Shown: one piece after another, positions 8,301 through 17,360 of the stretch
Numbering within the stretch: the stretch's first letter is position 1
How the letters are laid out: every line of letters begins with the position of its first letter
Virus record (IMG/VR): IMGVR_UViG_2602042090_000006
Location: 1-64,000 of that record
Strand: one strand, 5' to 3'
DNA length: 64,000 nucleotides
From: a virus
Taxonomy: Duplodnaviria > Caudoviricetes
Translations under genes and position numbers: made by a program
The notes under the pieces: model-generated
Databases searched by the model: none
The model's input: the letters and a program-made list of their open reading frames with translations, nothing else
Told to the model about the DNA's origin: nothing

Positions 8301-11084
8301 CGTGATCGCCAGATCCGCAATCTGCGAACCCGCCAGCTGGCCGGCCACCTTGGCGGCGGCAACCTGAGCGATCTGCGTATCCGTTAGCTGGCCGGTGATC
8401 TTGGATGCGGCCAAGCTTGCGATGTTCGCTTCGGCGATTGTGCCATTGATGTCCGTCGCGTCTACCGTCGAAATCCAAGCCGTGCCGCTGTAGCGATAGA
8501 GCTTGCCATCCGTTGTGAGGTAGGCCGTGCGGCCAGCGGTATTGCCAGTCGTCGGCAGCGCCGAGACCACTTCAACAGGACGCAAGCCGGAAGCAAATTT
8601 AGCAGCCGTCACTGCGGCATCCGCGAGCTTCGCGGCCGTGATCGCTGCATCACTGATCTGCGTTCCGACGATGGTGCCCGTCAGGTCAACCGTCGGTACC
8701 GATGCCGTGTAGGCCGAGCCATTCCAGCGATAGAGCTTGCCGTTGACCGTGATGACGTCCTGCGTCTTCGTGGTTGGAACGACAGTGCCCGAAATGACAC
8801 CGACCGGCGCGATGCCGCTGGCGAACTTCGTGGCATCGACGGCCTGCGCCGCCAGCTTGTCGCGCTCGATCGCCGCGTCAGCGATCTTCGCGGCAATGAC
8901 CGCGCCATCCATGATCTTGCTGACTGAGACCGCAGCGTCAGCCAGCTTGGCCGTGATCACAGCGCGATCGGCTAGGATCTGTGCCGTGACGGCCGCTACC
9001 TCAAGCTTCGCAGTCGAGACGGCAGCATCGGCCAGCTTCAGACCAGTGACAGCCGCATCCATGATCTTGTTGGCCGAAACCGCAGCGTTGCCGATCTTGC
9101 TGGTGATGACGGCGCCGTCGAGGACGTCGGCCGAGGAGAACCCGATGTTGGCCGTCGTCAACGGGATCCACGCCGAGTCTTCCGTCTTGCGCGAAGAGTA
9201 CGGAACGAGCTTTCCCTGCACCTCGTATTCCGTCGCCGGCCAGAGCCACATTCCGCTCAAGGTCCATGCGCTCGACGTCGGCCCGTAGGGGAACTGATCG
9301 CTTTCGAACACGAGGGCGCCGGTCGCCTTCAGGCGAACGCGGACCAGGACGCGCGCGACGTCAGAAAGATTGGCGGCGCACGACACGATGATGACCGGCC
9401 GACGGCTTTTACCGTCTGGGTCTGTGAGAACATCCGCGCGAGCTTCCCAGCCGGTCATTGGCTGCGTCGGCACATCGATGCGGCCGATCCAGCCGCTCGA
9501 TACGACCTCCTGCATGGTCCGCACCCAATCGTAGTCGGTCGGGTCGATCTCCTGCAGGGTGACGATCTGGTTCATGCCCATCTGGCCACGGCGTTCCGTG
9601 ACGAGGAAGCGCTTGTTCACATAACCATTGTGCTGCGACGTCCAGGCGACGACGTCGATGCCGGCCTCGAGCACATAGGCCATCGGCGGCATGGGCACCT
9701 GATGACGGCGGAAGCGGCGCGCCTCAGCCAAGATCGCGCGCATGAGCTGCTGGACCTGACGATTGTGCGAGGTGGCGCCGAAGGAGATGTCGGCAAGGTT
9801 ACGCTTGCCGTCGAGAACCTCGAAAGCGTCATTTCGAACAACCGGCGCATCTTTGGCAACCCACGCCTCTTCCGGGTTCGGATACTTGCCCGTCACGCCG
9901 TTGATGGTCAGATCGACCGACGGGAACGGATCGAAGCCTGACGGTTCCGTGATGAGGGTGTCGGCGTCCGAGAAACCAAACACGGCTCCACCGAAGATCC
10001 CGTTCTTGATCTTGAAGACGCCGCCCTGATCCGTCAGCCGTCCGTTCTGAGCCTTGCGAAACTCCTCGATGACAGTGAGCGGCGGCGTGTCGCCGGTGAT
10101 CTCGTAACCGCCGCGCCACTGCGGTTCTGTCGTTTTGTCCGCCCGCTCAACCAGACGGCCAGCCTCCTGGCATGCCGCAATCCAGTTCGAGGATGGCAGC
10201 CGCAGGGCGTTGACCTTCTGCCCGCCATAGAACCATTCGCCCTTGTAGCGAAGGCCTCGCAGGACGTTGTAGGTCATCACGCCGAGGTTATAGGACGGCT
10301 CGTGGGTGCTCTGATCGTCCCAACGATGAGTGCCATTCCCACCGTTCGTGCTGTCTCTGCGGATGTCGTAGAGCGGCAAAGGCGCCGGCTCGAACAGCAC
10401 CTTCGGCTGGCCCTTGAAGTAATCGCGTTCCCAGCGATAGGTCATGATGGCGTAGGGAATGCCGCGACCGATCATGGTCGCGTCCCACGGCCGCTTCTTG
10501 TCATCCTTGAACGTTTTGACGAGGAAGGGGTCAGCGACCGTCTGCGAGCCGTCGTAGAACTTCACCCAGCAGTAATCGTGAACGTTCCCTTCGCTGTCGC
10601 GATATTCCTTCAGGGGATAGCCGCGCCCGAAGACCGTGTCGGGCTCGTTCCATAGGATCGTGCACTTCTCGCCCTCGATCCAGATGCCGTCGAGACCCGA
10701 GACCGGCAGGTTGCCTAGCTCGATGACCTCGGTGAAATAGGTGTTCGGCGTGTCGCCGTCGTAGTTTCCCCACGTGCCGTAGTATTTGCGTTTGCCGCGC
10801 GTAGCGAACTGGCCGATCGTCGTGGAGACCGGCTTATCGTCGCCCACCTCTGCCTGGATTTTGGCGCCAACGGGCGGCGGCGCATCCGGCGCTGTTGCCA
10901 TCGAATAAAGTGTCGTGGCGGCCGCCAGTGCCAGACTGACGACGGCATTGACGATACCGGAGCCACTAATGACGGCGCTGAAGACGCCGGCAACCGCGCC
11001 GATCAGCGGCCCGGCCGCAGCCGGGTCAGGCTGCAGCAGGAAGAACGTCAGGGCGGTTGTGGCGAGAGCGGCTTTCTTGAACAT
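2400..11084 (-). CDS. Giant tail tip/fibre protein (2894 aa) with repeated linkers and five putative carbohydrate-binding-like modules
   Basis: N-terminal ~650 aa resembles siphophage central tail tip proteins. 10-aa (A/N)A(V/I)TAxK(I/L)A repeats separate Trp/Tyr-rich 165-195 aa modules. Confidence 0.85.
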   Translation of the reverse strand: MFKKAALATTALTFFLLQPDPAAAGPLIGAVAGVFSAVISGSGIVNAVVSLALAAATTLYSMATAPDAPPPVGAKIQAEVGDDKPVSTTIGQFATRGKRKYYGTWGNYDGDTPNTYFTEVIELGNLPVSGLDGIWIEGEKCTILWNEPDTVFGRGYPLKEYRDSEGNVHDYCWVKFYDGSQTVADPFLVKTFKDDKKRPWDATMIGRGIPYAIMTYRWERDYFKGQPKVLFEPAPLPLYDIRRDSTNGGNGTHRWDDQSTHEPSYNLGVMTYNVLRGLRYKGEWFYGGQKVNALRLPSSNWIAACQEAGRLVERADKTTEPQWRGGYEITGDTPPLTVIEEFRKAQNGRLTDQGGVFKIKNGIFGGAVFGFSDADTLITEPSGFDPFPSVDLTINGVTGKYPNPEEAWVAKDAPVVRNDAFEVLDGKRNLADISFGATSHNRQVQQLMRAILAEARRFRRHQVPMPPMAYVLEAGIDVVAWTSQHNGYVNKRFLVTERRGQMGMNQIVTLQEIDPTDYDWVRTMQEVVSSGWIGRIDVPTQPMTGWEARADVLTDPDGKSRRPVIIVSCAANLSDVARVLVRVRLKATGALVFESDQFPYGPTSSAWTLSGMWLWPATEYEVQGKLVPYSSRKTEDSAWIPLTTANIGFSSADVLDGAVITSKIGNAAVSANKIMDAAVTGLKLADAAVSTAKLEVAAVTAQILADRAVITAKLADAAVSVSKIMDGAVIAAKIADAAIERDKLAAQAVDATKFASGIAPVGVISGTVVPTTKTQDVITVNGKLYRWNGSAYTASVPTVDLTGTIVGTQISDAAITAAKLADAAVTAAKFASGLRPVEVVSALPTTGNTAGRTAYLTTDGKLYRYSGTAWISTVDATDINGTIAEANIASLAASKITGQLTDTQIAQVAAAKVAGQLAGSQIADLAITNTKLAALAVDAAKLADGSVIAAKLGDGAVTTAKFAAGLRPIEVVSTLPTTGNTEGRIVFLTTDDKLYRFNGTAFVSTLAAGDISGTLLDAQIAAVAAGKVTGQMTDAQIGAVGAAKVTGTLVSSQIADAAITAAKFGTGLKPVETVASLPTSGNTAGRVVFLSTDSKIYRFDGSAWTSSVAAPDISGTIADTQIAAIAAGKVTGQLTDTQIAALAAAKVTGQLVGTQIADLAISNAKLAALAVDAAKLAANAVTNTKIADDAISTPKLQANSIIADKIAVNAITASKMSIAANAVGASLILDRFYGDPGYWAPNAPYVTFVSSADAQVAAMRVSGAMKFNAALAAANAGPRIHGWIARGFPLTPDTWYRASAIVKNVGCNKNFNALVINDMSISASNGSVIASATDTGYQAAAGKTIEWRFKTDSSRTQTATPVPYMDTGTDAAGYWLISDIQLVEMAEASLIVDGAIIARHVSADAITADAIAANAVTADAIAANAITAVKIAAGAIETAKLAAGAVTAGTIGANAVIAGKIAANAVTAGTIAAGAVTAGTVAANAITAGTIAASAVSAGNLAAGIITADKLAVGKGTNWINNSNAQADLTNWGTYASGGTWVFDKGGDKYSPIGGSFRAVQTGAQNNGQFLDVFPLDPANTAMSMRWAVAQGTWLEASVYVFGHRSDYARLHIEYLNNGGNTIGYTFADKPTHQNADPGSQLSNYERIFVVGQAPAGTTHVRIFLRCMGHSVTYGTDSYTWFSKFFFGEATQYQTEPSPWSEGGLTLISEGNIVTNAITANKIAAGAIVAGKIAANAVTANEIAANAITAAKIASGAIETAKLAAGAVTAGTIASGAITTVKLDALAVTSDKLAVNSVVAGKIAAGVISATEIASGAITTAKLAASAVTANELAANAVVAGKIAADAIVANNIAANAISAKQLILADFENFIPDGQFEQGALTSVWDANYPMYNGSGAGGANIWLWVGDAQTGRWSLVLENGVNGGSGGSISMNMVTKDFIPVTSGDWLAWDVSVRTTDGSSGFGFYYRILWFDRNKTALSSPQYTDVQGNASIPAAWDKRSGKTQVPGSATYCKVQIYHHSPSTTRYLIIDRISLRKAEGAELVVDGSISTVHLAANSVTANQIAANAVTANQIAANAITAVKISGGSVEAGKLAAGAVVAGNIAANAVTAGTVAANAVTAGTIAANAVTTGTIAAGAITAGQIAAGAVVADKIAAGAISADKLAVGKGTNLLENSDFRAGLTGWRANPMGGTWAINRVDTTWVPIDGGLELINTGNDNNQYVDVVSVNPEATNLDKKYPVESNQRYEFSCYMNGHRGGGFQMFILFYNVAGAVVGQAVTAWNNNTGSNPEKHLERMTRAFVIATSPADAVFARPFCRVIGNTPASGSGSYTWIARLFFAEAGANQTQPSDWSIAGVTLIQEGNIVTNAITANKIAANAVVAGKVAANAITAGTIAANAVTAGTIAANAVTAATIAAGAVSTNQLAANAITAAKIAGGTITGDKIAVRTISADSFLASTITGYEINARTIGAGHIAVGTISATEIASNAITADKIAANAITAGKIGAGAVTAGTIAANAIVAANIQGGVITGDKLQANTLGAREIAAGSITAKQLVITDFNNLVPDNQMTTTDAWVGTIPGWIVWGDHGLFQSYNGMAFTAGPWGSGGYTNCQSRSFPVKGGTAYRFTGAVYSNNNFNAMIRVLWLDANGGIASFVDYLNTGNRGSGGTGPLVANLVSPGQAASAIIELFVQRDTTGGNVYFGGVGCFERNGGDLIVDGGITADKIAANSITTAMLQTGSISTDKLTVGGVTYDKLASRASSMAYIDAQTNGNTITGTNEVQINSLVGVSITDQDSLLIFADCRLRCTVMGGLSSTDVEMTLYEVVAGGAAQEVAQTTVTFNKLNASKTTFLYYMRRNAGNFGYRLRIRPVDAGVSILVGRSTAAGALLNKSV

Positions 11085-11509
11085 CAGCCCACCCGAAAGG
11101 CGCGAACCGCCTTCTCTCGATCGACCGTCGCCAAGCCCCCTTCGCCCATCACCCAGATCCGGTCGAAGTCGAAGACACCGAGCACGTGGCGGAACTGCGT
11201 ATCCGTGGGGATGGCGGCGATATCGCCCGTCTGCGCATCAACCGGATGCTCGTATTCGGGAAGCAATGACGCGGCGAAGTCGGCCAGATCATCAAAGCCG
11301 GCTGCGCGCATCAGACGATAGGCCGAGGCGGCATCGTGATAGTCCCCCTGATCCGGTACCGGCAGCTCGGCGCCCGTGATGGCCGTCACAGCCGCGATCG
11401 CCAGCTGACCGCAGTCGTTCTGCGCCCATGAGAACGGTTTGCGGCGCATGTCGTTGAAGACATCGCAGAACGGTCCGATCCAGAGTTCGCGGCGCTTAAG
11501 CTCGATCAT
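11084..11509 (-). CDS. Tail tip protein, NlpC/P60-like (DUF6950-type)
   Basis: PFSWAQNDC and GDIAAI...HVLGV motifs; lambda gpK-like position. Confidence 0.75.
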   Translation of the reverse strand: MIELKRRELWIGPFCDVFNDMRRKPFSWAQNDCGQLAIAAVTAITGAELPVPDQGDYHDAASAYRLMRAAGFDDLADFAASLLPEYEHPVDAQTGDIAAIPTDTQFRHVLGVFDFDRIWVMGEGGLATVDREKAVRAFRVG

Positions 11510-12156
11510 TCTTCGCCCCAAGGTTCGATCCAGTTGGCAACGGAGCCGGCATATTTTCCGAAGTTATCGACCTCGCCATTCGGCCCTTTGCGCTTCTTCT
11601 GTTCTTCGGCGCTGGACTTGGCGGGGTTCGGCCGGGTCAGGTTGACCACGGCGTCGTTGACGAGGCGGATCTCCAGCACTTCGCCGCCGCCGTCTTCAGC
11701 AGCCGACTGTATGCCTGCCCCGTCGATGACGCCGAGGTAGTCGTTCTCAGGCATCGACGGGATCTGCCGCGTCTTCGGATCGAGAAGCACAACCCAGATC
11801 TCAAGCGAACCGGCACGGCAGTCGAGGCCCCGCGCCATGTCTTCGACGGCCGGGTTCAGCATCGTCATCGACACTGCGCGGGTGTTGACCTCGAGCGTCG
11901 AGGTGCTGATGCTTTCGCCCACGTCGAGGTCAACCTGCCCTTGGAAGGTGCGTGCGTAGACCACGCCGTCGATCAACGAGCGGACCTCGACCGTGATCGG
12001 CCGATCGCCAGACCAGAAGTTCTTCGTCTCCAGCGTGGTGTTGCCGTTCGCGTCGGGATAGGTGCGCGCGATCACGGATACGAACCAACGCGGCACGATG
12101 CCGTCCTGGGGTGCGTTCTGGAGCAACGCGAAGAAGGCGGGATCGACTGTCTTCAT
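11506..12156 (-). CDS. Minor tail (hub-like) protein
   Basis: Position between the distal tail and NlpC/P60-like genes; conserved in copy 2. Confidence 0.7.
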   Translation of the reverse strand: MKTVDPAFFALLQNAPQDGIVPRWFVSVIARTYPDANGNTTLETKNFWSGDRPITVEVRSLIDGVVYARTFQGQVDLDVGESISTSTLEVNTRAVSMTMLNPAVEDMARGLDCRAGSLEIWVVLLDPKTRQIPSMPENDYLGVIDGAGIQSAAEDGGGEVLEIRLVNDAVVNLTRPNPAKSSAEEQKKRKGPNGEVDNFGKYAGSVANWIEPWGEE

Positions 12157-12806
12157 GGCTTTTCGATCGCAGTGAAACCGGCGCCCTCGGTCAGGTGACG
12201 GCGCGCGCGGCCGGGCATGTGGCTGTCAGGCATGATGACCATGCGGCAGGCCGGCCGGGCGAAGATCGTGTTGGCGTTTACAGCCAAACCGTCGGGCACA
12301 TTCGGGTAAATGCTGAGGACGGGCGTCACGCCGTCGCTGCCCGCAACGCCGCGCTCGGAGATCTCGAGGAAAGCGTATTGAACGGGATTGCTGCCCCACG
12401 ACACCTGAAACTTGTCCGCGATCGTGAGGACGTATCCGGCCGGAAACCCTTTAAAGCTGACCGAGCGACGATCCGTGCCGATCGTGGCGATCTGGATGAC
12501 ACGGCTGCCAAGGATGGTGCCGCGCGGATCCATCGCCGGATAGGGCGACAGCGGGTCGAACATCCAGAATGCTTCTTGGGCACCGCGAAGGGCGCGGATC
12601 AGGGCGGCATACTGTTTCATTTCCGCGCTCGAGCGGCGATCGAGTTCTACCACGGCACGCCAAAGCGGGTCCGCCATCTCTGCCTGCCAGATGCGACCAC
12701 TGGACTGTCCAGACAGGCTGTCACGCCGTTTTGCACCCCACTCGACGCTGGAGATGGGCAGACGATCGGCGAACGTTGGAAGGCTGTAAGGGAAGCTATG
12801 GGTCAT
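12153..12806 (-). CDS. Distal tail protein
   Basis: Directly follows the tape measure gene; FWMFDP...YP motif. Confidence 0.7.
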   Translation of the reverse strand: MTHSFPYSLPTFADRLPISSVEWGAKRRDSLSGQSSGRIWQAEMADPLWRAVVELDRRSSAEMKQYAALIRALRGAQEAFWMFDPLSPYPAMDPRGTILGSRVIQIATIGTDRRSVSFKGFPAGYVLTIADKFQVSWGSNPVQYAFLEISERGVAGSDGVTPVLSIYPNVPDGLAVNANTIFARPACRMVIMPDSHMPGRARRHLTEGAGFTAIEKP

Positions 12807-15800
12807 TGGCCCCTCACATACGGGCGCTTCTTGATCTGTTCGAAGCGGGCCGGCAGGTTCTTGTCGTAGGCGCGAAGGCCCTTGGCAACGCCGCGATCGA
12901 CGGCGTCCTCGATGTCGCGATCGCCGCGCGGGTTATCGACGTAGACGTTGATTTCGGACTTGCCGGAGCCTGCACGATCGTTGGCAGTCGACGCCATCCT
13001 GCTCTGGCCCTGCGAAGGATAAACCGACGCCGGCGCTCCGATCTTGGCGACAAATCCACCCTTGTCGTAGCCGCGTCCGGAGTTGAGCCCATCCAGCATG
13101 CGCCGAACGCCTGGCTGCGCGACCACGCTGGCTTTGACAACATATTCCTGACCATGGACGAAGCCGGCTATATCGCTGCGCCCGCCGTTGCCGGTGTAGC
13201 CACCGACGTCGAACAGACCCTTGCCCGGATTGTTGACGGCCCAATTTGCCTGCGCACCGTTCGGTACGAAGTTTGGAAGGAACGCCGTCAGCAACGAGCC
13301 GAAGAGACCCCCGCCGCCGCCGCCGCCAGACGGGGCCGGCGGAAACCAGTTGGCTAAGTTCTGTCCTGCCTGCCCAAGGCCTTCACCAAAGCCACCTAGA
13401 CCTTTGACGGCTGACGATGACGCACCTGCAAGACTGCCAACAGTCGTGCTGGCGTTCTGTCCGGTAGTCGCGAGCTTGTCTAAATTGCCGTTCGCGTTTC
13501 CGAGAGCCTCATTGAACTTATCAACATAGGCGTTTCCTGTGGTCCCGAGGACGTCGGCACCTCGACCGCCTTTACCAACAGAACCCGGTCCCCCGAACCA
13601 AGCCTGCGCGGCGCCCGAGGGACCGTACTTATCGACGTAGCCGCCGAAGCGGTGATTGAAAATGGCGTCCTGCGCAGACTTGTCTCCAAGGAATTGCGAC
13701 GTAGACAGCCGGCGCCCTAGTGCAGCCTCCGACCATGGACCGATGTTGTTGCCCATCATCTGATAGGCGCCATAAGCACGGTCACCACTCCGGGTGATAG
13801 GACCGAGCGCGCCGTAGTTGCCACTGCTCTCGATCGACTGGATGGCCTTGGCGTAGGACGAAATATTTCCCAGCGGTTCGCGCGTGACAGGGATCAGCGG
13901 AGCTGCGTAGGACTCGAAGCCGCTTGCTTTCGGCGTGTTCTGATTGGCCGCGACCGGCGCACCTTTCAGGAAACGGCCGAGCACATCCGACAGCTCCGGA
14001 CGATCGCCGCCCAGAAGCATGTTCTTGATCGAGTTCGTGCCCAGCTCCTGGAAGAACTTGCCGACATCGCCGAGGAGGCCATTCAAAGCACCTTTGAAGT
14101 CCCCTTTAAGAAGCGAGCTGAAGACATTGTCGATCGCGGTCTCGCCGGCTGACTGAAACATCTGCCAAGCAGCTGTCGCCTTTTCGACCTCGATCGTCTG
14201 GTTGGCGATCTCACGTGCATTGCGCCGGATCTGTTCGGCCTCGGCCGACAGAGCCGAATAGCCGCGTGCCCGGATCATCTGCTCGGCTTCGAGAACCGCC
14301 AGCGCCTTTTCGCGTTCGGCCGTGCTGGCGCCGACGAGTGTCTTCTCAAGGCGCAAGCGCTCCAGATCGTCGTCCTGCCCCCTGATGACGTCGATCGCGC
14401 CGGCGCGGCGTTGCTCAAGTTCGCTGGCAGCGGCTGCGTCCTTGGCAGCCGCCAGCGCCTCGGCCAGCTTCTTCTGTTCCTCGCCCTGGGCAGCCGCCGC
14501 AGCGGCGGCAAGCGGGCGGAGCTGGATTTCCGTGCGCAGAAGAGCCTCGGCTTGGCTCGCCGTGATATTGCCGGCCGCGACCTGATCGTTAAGGCGGCGC
14601 CGTGCTTCGACCTCCTCGACCAGCTCGGCCGACTGAAGGCGGGAGGCGGCGAGCGTCTCCTGGATGACGCGGTTGCGTGCAGCGGCAATGCGGGACGATG
14701 CCTCGGCCGTGGTGATTTCCTCACCGGCCAGCTGCAGGCGCTCACGATCAGCCATCAGGCCCGCGAGCACGATAGGGTTTCGCTCCGTCTGAATGCGGAT
14801 GTCGAGCGCGGCAAGCTGATTGGCGCGCTCCTGCGCCGGGATCAAGGTTTCCAGCGCACGCTTCTTGGCGTCGATCGTTGCCGTTATGTCGGCGCGTTGG
14901 CTGTCGAGAAGGCCCGGCGCATCCAGCCCGCTTTGCGCCTTGACGAGGCTGTCCTCAAGATCGCGGCGGGCGCGGGCTGCCGCCGTTGCCGGGCTGGCGT
15001 TGGCGGTGTCGAGTGCGCCTCGAGCAGCGGCACGGCGCTTTTCCTGTTCGCGATCGCGCGCTTCGTTGCCGCGCCGCTCCATGTCTTCCTGGCGAAGACG
15101 TTCCAGTTCGGCCCGACGTTCCTCTACTTCGCTGTCAAAGCTGCCATCGCCGAAAATGGTGCCTTTGCTCTTCTGCTGTTGCCGAAGCGCAGCGGCGTAC
15201 AACTCAGTTGCTTCGCTCAAAGCGTCAGCCGGCGATGGCCCGCTCAAAGCCCGATCGATGGATTTCCCCATCCAGTCGTAGGCATCGCTTGCGGCCTTTG
15301 ACACACTGTTCCAAGCACGACCAAGCGCCGTGGTCGCTTCGCTGGCGTTAGCCAGCCGGCCTGGAAGAGCAGCCAGCAGGACCTGCTGCGCTTCGGTGAG
15401 CCGGTTCTGTGCCGTCAGGCGGCGCGCATACTCGGCCGTCGCAGCATCGATCAGCCCATACTGGCGATAGAGGGTGTCGATCGCCTTGGACGGATCTGCG
15501 AACATCTCGGCCAGTGCCGCGCCCGCCTCATCGGCCGACACACCGATCGTCGCGCCGAAATTCTTGCTGATCGCGATCAGCTGCTCGAAGTTCTCCGAGG
15601 CGATCCGGCCGGTCCGTAGGAACTGCGCTTCCATTGTGCGGGCCGACGCGACGGAGATCCCGGCCGCCGCTGCGCCGTTCTGAGCCGCCGCTTCCATGCT
15701 CGCGGCACTGCCGGCAGTCGCGCGACCAATCCCGGACGCTGCGGTCTCGACTTCCTTGATGGAGCCGAGATAGTCGTTCCAGGCCATGGCGCCGAGGACG

Positions 15801-16966
15801 ACGGCCGCTGTCGTGCCGGCAATACCGACCCGCAGCGGCGTGATCGCGGCCATGGCTGCCTTGGCGGCATTTCCCATGCTGCCGTAGATCTGCATGGCCT
15901 GCGGACCCTGCTGTAGAATGACCTGCGAGATAGGCATGCCCAGCGCCAGCGACTGGACGGTGTCCACGCCCTGCGTGAAGAGGTTGGCCTGTTGGTCCGG
16001 ACGCAGGCCCTTGCTACCCGCGATGCCCTTGCGCGACTGGATCAGCCCGAGCGTCGCCTGACGCTCGCGGCTGATCGCAGCCGTCATTTCATCATGCGAA
16101 ATCGCACCGACCCTGTTGGCCTGACGGATGTCCTCGATCGTCTTGCGATAGGTCGTGAGAGCCGCATAGCGCGGATTGTAGGCCTGCCGCAGCCGATCGC
16201 GTTCGTCCATGAAGGCGGTGATGTCAGCGCTGCGGTCCGGCTGGATCATCTGCGACTGGACGATGGACTGTGCGGACTGTTTGCGTCGGGCAGCAAGGCG
16301 TTCGGCAGCACCTGCCTGCTCTTCCATGGCGCGGGTTTCGCGGATCCTCGCATCGATGGCGGTGGACGCCGAGATCGCGCCGACGCGCTCGGCCTCGTTA
16401 ATGTCGAGCAGAGCCTTGCGATGGCGTTCCATCAAGGCGAACATCGGATCGAACCGCGCCTGCAGGCGGTCCATCTCCTTCAGGTACGCCTCGATATCGG
16501 CGCCACGGTTCGGCGTGATCGTCCTCGCTTCAACGATCGATTGCGCCTGCTGCTTCTGGCGTGCCGCAAGCCGCTCGGCGGCACCCGCCTGTTCCTGCAT
16601 CGCGCGCGTCTCGCGGATCCGCGCCTCGATCGCGGTGGAGGCCGAGATCGCGCCGACCTTCTCGGCGTTGGCGATATCGGTCAACGCCTGCCGATGGCGC
16701 TGCATGACAGCGAACATCGGATCGAAGCGCGCCTGCAGCCGGTCCATCTCACGGCCATACGCGGCGATATCGTCCAACTTGGTCGTGTTGTTGTTGGCAG
16801 CTTCCTTGAGCTTGCCGAGTGCCGTGGTGACGGCCTGGACCTTCGGCGCGACCGCCTCGGCCTGCTTGCCGATCGCCGCAACGGCATTGCGCGCTTCCGT
16901 GCCGCCAGACTTGGCGCCGGAGGGATCGACGGTGACGCCGATCGCGATGCGATAGGCGGCCGTCAT
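12803..16966 (-). CDS. Tail tape measure protein with a C-terminal lysozyme/transglycosylase-like domain
   Basis: 1387 aa, Ala-rich helical; LQQGPQ lambda-type TMP motif; IESSGNY...YGAYQ domain; GGYTG...AGFVHGQEYVV tail motif. Confidence 0.92.
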   Translation of the reverse strand: MTAAYRIAIGVTVDPSGAKSGGTEARNAVAAIGKQAEAVAPKVQAVTTALGKLKEAANNNTTKLDDIAAYGREMDRLQARFDPMFAVMQRHRQALTDIANAEKVGAISASTAIEARIRETRAMQEQAGAAERLAARQKQQAQSIVEARTITPNRGADIEAYLKEMDRLQARFDPMFALMERHRKALLDINEAERVGAISASTAIDARIRETRAMEEQAGAAERLAARRKQSAQSIVQSQMIQPDRSADITAFMDERDRLRQAYNPRYAALTTYRKTIEDIRQANRVGAISHDEMTAAISRERQATLGLIQSRKGIAGSKGLRPDQQANLFTQGVDTVQSLALGMPISQVILQQGPQAMQIYGSMGNAAKAAMAAITPLRVGIAGTTAAVVLGAMAWNDYLGSIKEVETAASGIGRATAGSAASMEAAAQNGAAAAGISVASARTMEAQFLRTGRIASENFEQLIAISKNFGATIGVSADEAGAALAEMFADPSKAIDTLYRQYGLIDAATAEYARRLTAQNRLTEAQQVLLAALPGRLANASEATTALGRAWNSVSKAASDAYDWMGKSIDRALSGPSPADALSEATELYAAALRQQQKSKGTIFGDGSFDSEVEERRAELERLRQEDMERRGNEARDREQEKRRAAARGALDTANASPATAAARARRDLEDSLVKAQSGLDAPGLLDSQRADITATIDAKKRALETLIPAQERANQLAALDIRIQTERNPIVLAGLMADRERLQLAGEEITTAEASSRIAAARNRVIQETLAASRLQSAELVEEVEARRRLNDQVAAGNITASQAEALLRTEIQLRPLAAAAAAAQGEEQKKLAEALAAAKDAAAASELEQRRAGAIDVIRGQDDDLERLRLEKTLVGASTAEREKALAVLEAEQMIRARGYSALSAEAEQIRRNAREIANQTIEVEKATAAWQMFQSAGETAIDNVFSSLLKGDFKGALNGLLGDVGKFFQELGTNSIKNMLLGGDRPELSDVLGRFLKGAPVAANQNTPKASGFESYAAPLIPVTREPLGNISSYAKAIQSIESSGNYGALGPITRSGDRAYGAYQMMGNNIGPWSEAALGRRLSTSQFLGDKSAQDAIFNHRFGGYVDKYGPSGAAQAWFGGPGSVGKGGRGADVLGTTGNAYVDKFNEALGNANGNLDKLATTGQNASTTVGSLAGASSSAVKGLGGFGEGLGQAGQNLANWFPPAPSGGGGGGGLFGSLLTAFLPNFVPNGAQANWAVNNPGKGLFDVGGYTGNGGRSDIAGFVHGQEYVVKASVVAQPGVRRMLDGLNSGRGYDKGGFVAKIGAPASVYPSQGQSRMASTANDRAGSGKSEINVYVDNPRGDRDIEDAVDRGVAKGLRAYDKNLPARFEQIKKRPYVRGQ

Positions 16967-17256
16967 TCCTCGTCATCCTCGGCGGAGGCCGGGTCGCCGT
17001 CGTTGAAGAGCGGCAGCACGGCGTCCTCGATGACGCGAAGATCCCGGAACACGTCGGGCTCATAGCCCTCGGCATCGAGCACGATCTTGCAGGCGGCGTA
17101 GTCGAGGCCAATGAACAAGACGCCGTTCTTGTTCGACGCCGCTCTCCACTGCGTCGAGCACGCGATGAAGCCGGAAAGACTGGCGGCGTTCTGGATCACG
17201 AGGGCAATCTCATCGTCGTTGGGTTCAGCATCGTCATCGTCCATGACGAACGTCAC
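16963..17256 (-). CDS. DUF1799-like tail assembly chaperone extension (gpT analogue), probably made by -1 frameshift
   Basis: TQWR...GLDY motif; reading frame is open back to the slippery site at 17364..17370. Confidence 0.8.
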   Translation of the reverse strand: MTFVMDDDDAEPNDDEIALVIQNAASLSGFIACSTQWRAASNKNGVLFIGLDYAACKIVLDAEGYEPDVFRDLRVIEDAVLPLFNDGDPASAEDDEE

Positions 17257-17360
17257 GCCGAGCTTCTGGGACTGCTGGCGGAGATCGTCATCGATGATGG
17301 TGGCACGGGAGGGATCGACGCGACCGAGGCGGACGTATGTCCACGCGACGGCCGCGTCCG

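Noticed and set aside
3450-9150. CRISPR-like or non-coding 30-bp repeat array
   Set aside because: The repeats are degenerate at third codon positions and encode the 10-aa fibre stalk
2400-11084. Diversity-generating retroelement or Gin-type invertible segment
   Set aside because: No reverse transcriptase, no adenine-specific TR/VR pair, no invertase and no inverted alternative fibre genes in the near-complete prophage 1
16095-16106. Third late-activator site inside the TMP gene
   Set aside because: Not conserved in prophage 2 and lacks the downstream GGAAC; likely chance
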